64,000 nt of DNA from Octopus vulgaris (lineage: Eukaryota): contig OX597817.1 in assembly GCA_951406725.2 (NCBI GenBank), positions 27,094,001 through 27,158,000 of the forward strand. The letters run 5' to 3'. Shown here in pieces: positions 52,867 through 64,000 of the stretch. The notes beneath the pieces were generated by a model. That model was not told where the DNA came from. It saw only the letters and a list, made by a program, of their open reading frames with translations, and searched no databases. How positions within the stretch are numbered: the first letter of the stretch is position 1; each line of letters starts with the position of its first letter. The position numbers and the translations under genes were made by a program.

Positions 52867-53075
52867 AAAAAAGTAACATCAATTCATTGGGAAAATAAAT
52901 TCTTCCATGTTAATATTAATTTCAAATTTTGGCAGAATACCAGCAGTTTTGGGGATGTGGGTTAGTTGATTACATCAAACCCAATATTCAACTGGTATTT
53001 ATTTTATTGACCCTGACAGAATGCAAAGCAAACTCAACCTTGGTAGAATTTGAACTCAAAACATTATGACAGATG

Positions 53076-53440
53076 ATCAAAATCAAAATCAAAAATCAAA
53101 ATCGATCAACATGAATGGAAATTGTAGCTATGATACCAGTGCCAGTGGCACATAAGAGAACCATCCGAACGTGGCCGTTGCCAGCGCCGCCTCGACTTGC
53201 TTCCGTGCCGGTGGCACGTAAAAAGCATCATCCAATCGTGGCCATTGCCAGCCTCGCCTGGCACGTAAAAAGCACCCACTACACTCATGGAGTGGTTGGC
53301 ATTAGGAAGGGCATCCAGCCATAGAAACATTGCCAGATCAGACTGGGCCTGGTGCAGCCTTCTGGCTTCCCAGACCCCAGTTGCACTGTCCAACCCATGC
53401 CAGCATGGAAAGCGGACGCTAAACGATGATGATGATGATG
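53076..53440 (+). mobile_element. RTE LINE 3' UTR inserted into a B2 SINE (52920-53495, minus)
   Basis: Flanks rejoin as gacagatga|aatgccactaagcatt, the B-family head. Confidence 0.88.
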
Positions 53441-54461
53441 AAATGCCACTAAGCATTTTTCCCCAGTATGCTAATGATTCTGCCAGCTTGCAACCTTCAT
53501 TCCAGGTTAATATTTCAAGTAAAATATTAAAATCCAAGTTCGCTAATAGTAAAATATGAACAGTTTGCAAGTGCAATAAGTTATTTGCAATGAGGAAGAA
53601 GAAAATTCTGATATTTTGTAGAAGAAATCTCATCAAAGGAATATGAAATTACAACTCTTACTTACACCTCTGTTGGAGGACATGACACGAAATATCACAC
53701 ACCTCTTCCCTCCTCCATGGCAGACTAATTTATTCCATTTTATGAACAGCTTGCATGTTAAATATTGGTTAAGATTTATTAAAGCCCATTTGAGGCAATT
53801 AAATCCTCTGCTTGACGCTCACTAGCACCAGCTTGAAAATTTGTTAACTGAAGGATAAGATCGATTATATAGCCATAGAGGCAAGTCTCTAGAAATGTTA
53901 TCACATGAAATATCACTATATGGAACACAAATAAAGAAATTAAATGGAAGAAATATTTTAGATAAGTAGGATATTTAATGAAACATTTTGGTTTATACTC
54001 ACTGGCTGGTTACTGCTTAACAAAATGGATTATATCTACTGTGAGATTATATATACACAGCAAGGCAGCAAGATAATCTTTATTGAGGAAAAATAAAACT
54101 CAGGAAAGTCTATATTCAATCAACTTATAAATCTTATGAAAACAAGTTTGAGTGAATTATAGAAGAGATAGTGACTCTTCTGAAGGGTTTAGTTCTGTAA
54201 AGGGATTGAGAGATATGAGCTAATCAATCAGATAAAGTTATAAAAGATCAGAAAGCCAAATCATACATAATGATTGATTTATCACGTACTTTCAATAAAA
54301 ATTTGCCAATCACAGAAAGTAAAAGTGTTTTTAAAATATAAAGTTTTAGAATTATAGAATGCAAAAATATAGACCAGTGATGGTACTAATACTACTGCAT
54401 TAATTGTGATTTTAAATTAATAATACTGAAATTTTTAAACAAAAAACATTAAACAATGCTT

Positions 54462-55087
54462 ATTTCATTTTTAGATTTGGTTTGCAAGATTCTTTATATG
54501 AGTTCGTGTGTTGAAGCATATTCTGTTGTGTCTTGGGAGAGTCATTTTCTTTTTGTGCTTTATAATGTAACACACTCACCGGAAAAATTTTCAATTATTT
54601 CTTATTTTTAATTTCCTAAAATTTCAATCAGTTTATTAAGTCTGGAACTTATTTGAGTGATTTTGTTCTTAATTTAACTGTAATATTACTCAAGTTTTAA
54701 TCTACTTAAATTACTCAACAGGTTGTGGATGGAACTTGCAATAATTCATTTCAGGCAATATTCTTATATTTATATTCCCTTAAACATATGTAAACTGTAT
54801 ACATTATTTCGTTTTGGGATTTGGCTTGCAAGATTCTTTATATGAGTTCGTGTGTTGAAGCATATTCTGTTGTGTCTGGGGAGAGTCATTTTCTTTTTGT
54901 GCCTTATAATGTAACACACTCACCAGTAAAATTTCCACTTATTTCTTATTTTTATTTTCCTAAAATTTTCGTTGCATCTTGCAACATTTTCAATAGTCTT
55001 GACTCTTCAAGGGTCAAGACTGTTTTACCAGTGAGTGTGTTACATTATAAGGCACAAAAAGAAAATGCCTCTCCCCAGAAACAACAA
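54462..55087. mobile_element. PLE-like insertion: two direct copies plus a partial inverted copy, candidate 14-bp TSD
   Basis: 54475-54624 repeats at 54818-54969; 55025-55085 inverted; attaaacaatgctt at 54448-54461 and 55088-55101. Confidence 0.7.
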
Positions 55088-55849
55088 ATTAAACAATGCT
55101 TTTAGGCAAAACATAGCTCTATGAGAAATAAAATGAAGAGATATAAAGGAGCATAATAATGATTCCATATTTTGGCACAAGGCCAGCAGATGAAAGGCAA
55201 AGTTAACCTTGACAAAATTCTGAACTCAGAATGTAATGACAGATAAATTAGGGAACACAATGATAATGTCAAGCAAGTAAGGATGCAACTTTATAGAGTA
55301 CAATGATACAATGAAAGAGGAGCCGATAGGAAATTTAGTTTATAATAATATATGAGAAGATTTTACAGAAAGGTAAATAAAGCATGTCAAATAAAGCAGC
55401 CAAGAGAAATAAAAAAAAAGGACATTTACAAATATCTAAAAAACAATGATGAAATAGATAGAGGATAACACACACGCAAAAGAAAAAGTTAGAAAGGAAT
55501 ATTATAGATACAGTTATGTGTTGTTATGATTTTAGTATTCTCCATCGAAAGTGTACTGGATAAAGCAACATTAAAAAGAACAAAAAGAAATATGACTGCA
55601 TTTAGAGCACATTACCAAAAGGTAACACAGAAATATATTTTCTCTGAATGCAGGGAACTAGAAGACTTTTGTAAGGAAAACTTATATAATATCCACTGTA
55701 GGACTTCGAAAATACCTTGAAAAAGAATAAAAGAATGCTAATGAAAATAGCTTCAAAATATGGGAAAAATAAACCATTTTCCCTCTTCATGAAAGCCAAT
55801 AAATATTTAAAAAAAGATGCTGAAGTAACAGACAGTAATGAGTAGAATG

Positions 55850-57000
55850 TGGAGACAACAGAAACCGTTAAAATAACTAAATGCTAAGCTAAAACTGAGA
55901 TTTCAGAATACTAAGATGTTGGCAAGAAAAGCTCTTACATGGACAATACATGACAATGCTAAGTAAAGATGAAGTAAATGAAGACAAAAACTTAACACAC
56001 ACTGAGAAGCAACAAAAGGATGTTTTTACTGCAGACCAAAAAATCCAGGATTTTCTCACTTAGAATCCACCAAAATATGTAAGGAAGTAAAATCCAAAAA
56101 ATAACTACATAACTACATAAGTGTGTGAATGTTGTGAAGAAACAATCAATCATATAGTTTCTAGTTGACTAATCATGACCAAAAGTAAATTATGCCAACA
56201 TCATGAAATACCTACAGAAAGATAAAAAAATGTTCAAAGATACAGTAGACAATGCCTTAGATAATAACAAAGGGAACATACTCTAAGACATAGTAAATCA
56301 TATTGACAGGAGGATTAAGCCAAATCCACTATTTGTTATTATCATAGACCACAAGGAACAGAAATATTTCTTCATCATCATCATCATCGTTTAACGTCTG
56401 CTTTCCATGCTAGCATGGGTTGGACGATTTTGACTGAAGGCTGGTGAACCAGATTGCTGCACCAGGCTCCAATCTTGATCTGGCAGAGTTTCTGCAGCTA
56501 GATACCCTTCCTAACGCCAACCACTCTGAGAGTGTAGTGGGTGCTTATTACATGCTACCAGCACGGCGCCAGTCAGGTGGTACTGGCAACGACCTTCCTC
56601 GAATCTTTTTACACTTGCCACCAGCACAGGTGCCAGTAAAGCAACGCTGGTAACGATCACACTCGAATGGTGCCTTTTATGTGCCACTGGCATGGAAGCC
56701 GGTTAGCCACTCTGTCAACGATCACACTCGTATGGTGCTCTTTGCACCTCACTAGCACGGATGCCTGCCAACAAGCTGACAAAATATCTCTAAAAGAAGA
56801 AGAGAAACTCTGTAAATGTAAAGAGCTGGAAATAGAGATAGCCAGAATGTGAGGATTGAAAACAGAGGTAACCTGCATCATAATGGATCCTTTTGGAATA
56901 AGTTTTAAAAAAAGACACAGATGCATACCTAAAATCCCAGAAATCATGCACAACATAACATCATTAGATACAGCATATGAAAATATGCAGAAACAAAACA
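55850..57000 (+). mobile_element. Decayed R4/Dong-like element 3' region split by an RTE insertion
   Basis: HGQY-like trace, IIIDHKEQKYFFI|D, ISLKEEEKLCKCKELEIEIARM*GLKTEV (RLE C-terminus). Confidence 0.75.
56378..56759 (-). mobile_element. RTE LINE 3' UTR, second subfamily
   Basis: Tail plus cgatcacactcg(a/t)atggtgc modules; related to 63311-63720. Confidence 0.88.
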
Positions 57001-57001
57001 T

Positions 57002-57150
57002 AGTGGCTGTGTGGTAAATAGCTTGCTTATCAACTACATGGTTCTGGGTTCAGTCCCACTGCATGGCACCTTGGGCAAGTGTCTTCTACTATAGCCTCGG
57101 GCCAAGTGGATTTGGTAGACAGAAACTGAAAGAAGCCTGTTGTATATATG

Positions 57151-57182
<32 letters not shown>

Positions 57183-57387
57183 CGTGTGTTTGCCCCCCCC
57201 CCAACATTGCTTGACAACCAATGCTGGTGTGTTTACATACCCGTAACTTAGTGGTTTGGCAAAAGAGACTGATAAGAACAAGTACTAGGCATACAAAGAA
57301 TAAGTCGTGAGGTTGATTTGCTCAACTAAACGCAGTGCTCCAGCATGGCCGCAGTCAAATGACTGAAATAAATAAAAGAATAAAAGA
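57002..57387 (+). mobile_element. SINE family A
   Basis: Near full length with a small deletion. Confidence 0.9.
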
Positions 57388-57567
57388 GCACAAACTATAA
57401 ATGACTGGGTTATGAAGGCATACAATAAAAACATTACTTGTGAAATCTAAGGCCTCCTTTGGTCATGGCTGGCCAGGGGTGTCTGCTTCTGGAAAGTTAA
57501 TTTCCAAGGTGTAACAGAGACTCAGACAATGTCCATTGTGGAATGCAAACTGCTGCTTACATATGAT

Positions 57568-57799
57568 AGGCAGCGAGCTGGCAGACTCGGCACGCCGGGC
57601 GAAATACGTAGCTGTATTTCGTCTGCCGCTACATACTGAGTTCAAATTCCACCGAGGTTGACTTTGCCTTTCATCCTTTCGGGGTCGATTAATTAAGTAC
57701 GAGTTACGCACTGGGGTCGATATAATCGACTTAATACCTTTGTCTGTCCTTGTTTGTCCTCTCTGTTTAGCCCCTTGTGGGTAGTAAAGAAATAGGTAT
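57568..57799 (+). mobile_element. SINE family B
   Basis: Matches 20354-20588. Confidence 0.9.
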
Positions 57800-58145
57800 C
57801 CTTTCTGTCCAGTTCTCATACAAACCTGCCTGTTTTCCCCTTTTCTAATGAAATAATATAAATGATAATGATTTTTTTTTAATAATTGATGGAGAAAGTG
57901 TTGATCTAATTCACACAAAAACACTTAACTTGTACTTTTTGAAATCTGAAGGATGAGAAGTAAATTCAATCACCATCTAGTTACAATGCTCGTACAGCTA
58001 CTTGTGACTCTATGTTAGAGTCCAATTCTATCGTTCATCATATTCAGCAGGTTACAGGGATGGCAGTTTATATCATCACAAATCTAATTGATATAGGTCT
58101 TGCTTGACGTCCTCTGCTATCTCTTCCTTATGTAAATGTAATAAT

Positions 58146-58485
58146 AACAAGAGCATCAGAGGGCGCACACCTCTGCCAAGGCAACACCAACGTCCTCTCA
58201 ATGATTAGCTAGAGATGATTTTTAAAATGAGAATATCTGAAATAAACTTGACTGCTCTCACAAATGAGAATACTAAAAATGAACCCGACAAAAGTTAAGT
58301 AAAAGAACCAGAAAAATAATCTAGAATCCTTGTCCGGTACCAGATCAATCCCAAAATCTAATCAGTGCATGCCAGTCACGAGACCAAACATCTCTGAAAG
58401 TTTCATCTGAATCCATCCAGCAGTTCTTGAGATATCTGTTCAATGGACAAACAAACAAACAAAACACATCTGAAAACAATACCTC
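58146..58485. mobile_element. Helentron/HINE-like non-autonomous element, truncated
   Basis: aacaagagc start, aagtttcatc..ttgagatatc, (acaa)n, gaaaacaatacctc; layout recalled from Helentron-associated repeats. Confidence 0.5.
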
Positions 58486-59175
58486 AGAACATAACAGCAG
58501 GCGGAATACTGCTAAGCATTTCACCCGGTATGCTAACGTTTCTGCCAGCTTGCTACCTTGAACGTGAAAAATAATGAAAATATAAGAGGATATCAATTAT
58601 GTGATTACAATTATGTGGCTTGTTAAAAAGTTATAAATGATATATAAGTAGTTGAAAGAAAATTAATGAAATACAGGGCACTGATGTGAAAGCAAAAGTA
58701 ATGCTTTTTTTTTTTATCTCCTAGATAGAAGCAGGACAGCATCCATAACATTTATGCAGGGTTTCTGTGACCAGTGGAAGAAAAGAATGCAAATCTATAA
58801 TTCATGATCTGTTGCAGTAGGAAATAAAATAATTATCTTCAAGCTGAAGACCAGGAACAAATATCTGCAACAGACTGGGTTCTGTTAAAGGCACCCAAGG
58901 TTCAGGTGAGAATGGTTTTAAACAAGGTGACAGATTAAATCTAACTCAAAAGTTCTGGTTCCTGTCCACCTCATGGACATCCATGTAGTTTCAGTTTCTA
59001 CCATTTCATTCATAAGGCTTGTATTAACCTCAGACTATGAGAGAGATTGCACATGGAAACTGAAACTAAAAAAAATAAACTGATTTCAAAGCAAACTTAA
59101 GCAGAAAATCGTGTTTGCTTGACTATGTCTGCTATGAAATATATGAAAGCAAAAAAAAAAAAAGCTTAATAGCAT

Positions 59176-59580
59176 AGGCGCAGGAGCAGCTGTGTGGTAA
59201 GTAGCTTGCTTACCAACCACATGGTTCCAGGTTCAGTCCCACTGTGTGGCACCTTGGGCAAGTGTCTTCTACTATAGCCTCGGACTGACCAAAGCCTTGT
59301 GAGTGGATTTGGTAGATGGAAACTGAAAGAAGCCCATCGTATATGTATGTATATATATATATGTGTGTGTCTGTGTGTTGTCCCCCCAACATCGCTTGAC
59401 AACTGATGCTGGTGTGTTTATGTCCCCCGTAACTTAGCGGTTTGGCTAAAGAGACCAATAGAATAAGTACTAGACTTACAAAGAATAAGTCCTGGGGTCG
59501 ATTTTCTCAACTAAAGGCAGTGCTCCAGCGTGGCTGCAGTCAAATGACTGAAACAAGTGAAAAGAAAAAAAAGAAAGAAA
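59176..59580 (+). mobile_element. SINE family A, full length
   Basis: Full match. Confidence 0.92.
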
Positions 59581-60119
59581 GCATAAAGTATTCAATTCAA
59601 CTTTCTATTACTGCCCATCAACTATATTTTTGCATTCTATCTTTTATTTGTTTTGGTTATTGGGCTGCGGGCATGCTGGCGTGCCACCTAAGAGGGTTTA
59701 GTCAAGCAACTGATTTGACCCCAGTGCTAATCTTTGTAACTCTGGTATGTATTTTACTGGTCTGTTTTGCTGAACCACTAGATTACAAAGAGAAGTTAAT
59801 ATGAGATCAAGTATCAAATAGCCAGGCAAGACCAGAGAAATATTTTGCACCCATACTTCATGACAATCTGTAGGATAAGACAAGAAATTGCTATCAGGAG
59901 CAGAATATCATGAAACCAACTCATTCTTCTTGACCTATATAATTGGAATTTTGCCAGAATAGGAATTCAATATAATTAAAAAAAAAAAGAAACCTTCTAT
60001 GGTTGTTAAAATGTACTATATTTACACAAAGGACCGGGATACTTCATACCTGGCTGTACTTGAGAGAACACATACTCTGCAGCATAAATGTTAAAATCCA
60101 ATCTTTCTGATGATGTAAA

Positions 60120-60520
60120 GCACACCATGTAAAAGTGTCCATGTGGTGAGATGTAAAAGTACTCATGAGGTGCCATGTAAAAACACCTGTGTGGTGCTAT
60201 ATAAAAGTACCCATGTAGTGCCATGTAAGAAGCACCCGGCACACTCTGTAAAGTAAAGTGGTTGGCATTAGGAAGAGCATCCAGCCATAGAAACCATACC
60301 AAATCAAACTGGTGTCTTGTGCATCCTCACCCCAAGCTTGTCAGCTCTGATCACACCATCCAGCAAACTCTGTAAAGTGGTTGGCATTAGGAAGAGCATC
60401 CAGTCATAGAAGCCATGCCAAATCAGACTAGAGTCTGGTGCATCACCTCCCCACCAGTTTGTCAGCTCTGATCACACCATCCAACCCATACCAGCATGAA
60501 CAATGGACGTTACATGATGA
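60120..60520 (+). mobile_element. Diverged RTE-like 3' end with ~21-bp repeats and an internal ~120-bp duplication
   Basis: (cc)atgtaaaa units at 60125-60235; actctgtaaagt..accatcca at 60243 and 60367. Confidence 0.75.
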
Positions 60521-60698
60521 TGATGATGATGATGACGATGACGATGATGATGATGATGATGATGATAATGATGATGATGATGCTGACGACGACGACGACG
60601 ACGCTGATGATGACGATGATGATGATGATGACGATGACGATGATGATGATGATGATGATGATGATGACGACGATGATGATGATGATGATGATGATGAC

Positions 60699-60735
<37 letters not shown>

Positions 60736-60780
60736 CTGACGACGACGACGACAACGCTGATGATGATGATGATGATGATG
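60514..60780. repeat. Expanded (GAT/GAC)n tail
   Basis: Direct reading; follows the RTE end ggacgttacat. Confidence 0.95.
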
Positions 60781-61119
60781 AAACATTTAATCCAGCATCA
60801 AGCACCAAATCCATAATATTGATGCTTATCAGAATGAAAAAAGGTGTGAGATGTCACCTCAACTTTCCAGCTCTGTATATTCTGTTGTCTCGCTAAAATT
60901 TCTAGCATTTATTTTAATTCAATTTGTATTGTATTCTTGGTGTCATTTCTCCCTTTTAAGACCTAGTATCATTTAAAATATAATTATACCATACATGCAC
61001 TTTGTTTCAAAAGAATTTCTGTCACCTTCATTCAGAATTAGACAAATATTAAGTTCTCCTGTGAAATGCGTGTATGTATGTTTGTGCATGTGTGTGAGTG
61101 TGTGTGTGTGTGTGTGTTT

Positions 61120-61175
<56 letters not shown>

Positions 61176-61253
61176 ACGTGCTTCAATAATATCGGTAATT
61201 TTAAATAAAGAACTCTGCTAAAATGTAGAACACTGGATTATATATATATACAT

Positions 61254-61462
61254 ATCTTTAACTCTTTTGCTCTTTTATTTGTTTCAGTCATTTGACAGTG
61301 GCCATGCTGGAGCACTGACTTTAGTCAAACAAATCTACCCCAGGACTTATTCTTTGTAAGCTTAGTACTTATTCCATTGGTCTCTTTTGCCGAAGTGCTA
61401 AGTTACGGGTATATAAGCACACCAGCATCAGTCATCAAGGGGGACAGACACAAACACACACA

Positions 61463-61501
<39 letters not shown>

Positions 61502-61639
61502 ACACTCAATAGGCTTCTTTCAGTTTCCATCTACTAAATCCACTTACAAAGCTTTGGTCGGCCTGAGGCTACAGTAGAAGACACTTGCCCAAGATGCAAC
61601 ATGGTGGGACTTAACCCAGAACCATGTGGCTGGTAAGCA
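61254..61639 (-). mobile_element. SINE family A
   Basis: Tail to near-head match. Confidence 0.88.
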
Positions 61640-61657
61640 TATATATATATATTTACT

Positions 61658-61698
<41 letters not shown>

Positions 61699-62309
61699 TC
61701 ACACACACATACTTATCTCATAGTTATTATAACCATCATTATTTTATGTCTGAGATTTCATGGGATGAGTTAGCTATTTCCTTTATTTATTGTTCTCCTA
61801 GACTTGTCAGAGGATCCCATCTAGTTCTCACATACAATCTGGCTTGGTTTCTGTGGAAGGGAGCCATTCTTAACACCAGTCCCTTTAGGGTGTTTTCGGT
61901 GTATGTTATCATGACAACACCACCACAGAAGTTGTCATGCCTTCAGCAAAACAAAATTGTCCTCACAAACTTCTGTTCTCTCAGCTCATTTCCCAAACTA
62001 TATTACAGATTGTAAGAAACACACAAAATCCGTTAAATTCACTAATGGACTTTGTGTATTTCTTAAATGGCTTATAAACACCTTCCATGCTGCAATTGCT
62101 TTTGTTCCAGCACACAATCTCCGATCAGGTCACTTGCTATGCAAGTACATCTCCATAATTACAGATTGTGCCATAATAGAAAGCACCAGCACCAGTGAGG
62201 TCATTTTGTCCACTTCAAGACCAGACAGTTGCTATCACCCAGCTTTGCTTCTGTTAAAAGTGATGTGATCAAGAGAATAATAGAAGATGAAATAGAGAAG
62301 TTGAAAGAA

Positions 62310-62340
<31 letters not shown>

Positions 62341-62548
62341 AAGAAGAAGAAGAAGAGGAGGAAGAAGAAGAAGTAGGAGGAGGAGGAGGAGGAGGAGGAG
62401 GAGAAGAAGGAGGAGGAGAAGAAGAAGAAGAAGAAGGAGGAGGAGAAGAAGAAGAAGAAGGAGGAGGAGGAGAAGAAGAAGAAGAAGAAGAAGAAGAAGA
62501 AGAAGAAGAAGAAGAAGAAGAAGAAGAAGAAGAAGAAGAAGAAGAAGA
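62310..62548. repeat. (GAA)n/(GGA)n polypurine tract
   Basis: Direct reading. Confidence 0.95.
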
Positions 62549-63310
62549 GGGAGGCAGCGACGGCGGCAGAGGTGGAGGAGGACATTAAGATAATAAGGTT
62601 GCTGAGGAGGGAGTAATGGAAGAAACAGAGCTGAAAGGAGAAATAGAGAAACAGTAACGATTGGGAATAACGGGAGAAAGACAGCTACAGGTTTTTCTGG
62701 TTAGAGATGATGATGATAAGGATAGTGGGAGATGGTGATTGGATATGGATAGATCCAATGCCTCCCAACTTGACATGAGCAATATGGTAGGTGAATAGGA
62801 GAAAGATTGAGTGATATGAAGACAAGAGGGTGCCTAAAAAGACGGTGAGGACAAAAATGGAGGCTGAATAGTATGTTGGCGACAGGCTAAGAGATTCTTC
62901 CTCACCTTCCCCACTCACCAGACCTAGCACCATCAAACTTTCTGTTATTCAGGTCACTTGAACAGTTTTTCAATGCAAAAACATTCAACAGCAGAAAGGT
63001 GTTGAAATGGCACCTCCAACCATTTTCCCTTGTAAAGAAACTGATTTTTCTTCTTTTGTTTTGCTTCGTTTTTCTCTTTTTTTTTTTTTTGCCTGAGGAA
63101 CCAGAAAACTGGTTCTGAGGTAGGAAAACATTATTGCTATGAATAAATATATTTATGATATGTTTTATGCTGATTTGAACCCATTACATGAAATGCAACA
63201 TTGCTTTTCAGTGTCCATGTAGCATCTGAATACACAGTGCTGTAGTTAAGAGTGATGGGGAAATGAGTGTAAAGAAAATGAGTTTTGCGGAATGCATGGA
63301 TAATTCATAT

Positions 63311-63720
63311 CATCATCATCATCGTTTAACGTCCGCTTTCCATGCTAGCATGGGTTGGACAATTTGACTGAGGTCTGGCGAAGCAGATGGCTGCACCAGA
63401 CTCCAATTTGATCTGGCAGAGTTTCTACAGCTGGATGCCCATCCTAACGTTAACCACTCCAAGAGTGTAGTGGGTGCTTTTACATGCCACCGGCACGAGG
63501 GCCAGTCAAGCAGTACTGGCAATGACCTTGCTCGAATGTTTTCTCATGTGCCACCATCACAAGTGCCAGTAAGGTGACACCGGTAATGATCACACTCAAA
63601 TGGTGTTTTTTACGTGCCATTGGCACAGAGGCCAGCTTGTTGCTCTGGTAATGATCTCACTCATTTGGTACTCTTAGCGTTCCACAAGCACAGATGCCAG
63701 TCATCAAATTTGATTGCGAT
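63311..63720 (-). mobile_element. RTE LINE 3' UTR, second subfamily
   Basis: (CAT)n tail and standard 3' end. Confidence 0.88.
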
Positions 63721-63747
63721 ATACATATGTATGTACACACACACACA

Positions 63748-64000
<253 letters not shown>

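Noticed and set aside
63093-63130. CTGAGGA followed by hairpin gaaccagaaaactggttc
   Set aside because: GAAA is not positioned after the stem; likely a chance hairpin.

Overview
AT-rich eukaryotic, repeat-dominated DNA. The SINE/LINE repertoire and microsatellite load resemble an octopus (coleoid cephalopod) genome; this is an inference from recalled repeat families. No intact protein-coding gene is recognisable, and nearly all listed ORFs are microsatellite or SINE read-throughs. The window contains about 35 tRNA-type SINE copies from at least 5 families, about 12 5'-truncated RTE LINE 3' ends with (GAT)n tails, decayed R4/Dong-, RTE-, CR1- and Tx1/L1-like LINE fragments, a hAT MITE with 8-bp TSD, TTAA (piggyBac-like) MITEs, Helitron/Helentron-like pieces and one tRNA-Lys(CTT). 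Two signals stand out. (1) About ten minimal type I hammerhead ribozyme motifs, from several unrelated sequence families, sit in tandem and inverted non-coding repeats (Penelope pLTR/retrozyme architecture), including a 1.3-kb nested palindrome with four hammerhead units. (2) The tRNA-Lys lacks a nearby T4 terminator and runs into an RTE 3' tail, which is the structure of a SINE being born. All folds and alignments were done by eye, and repeat boundaries are approximate unless a TSD is given.
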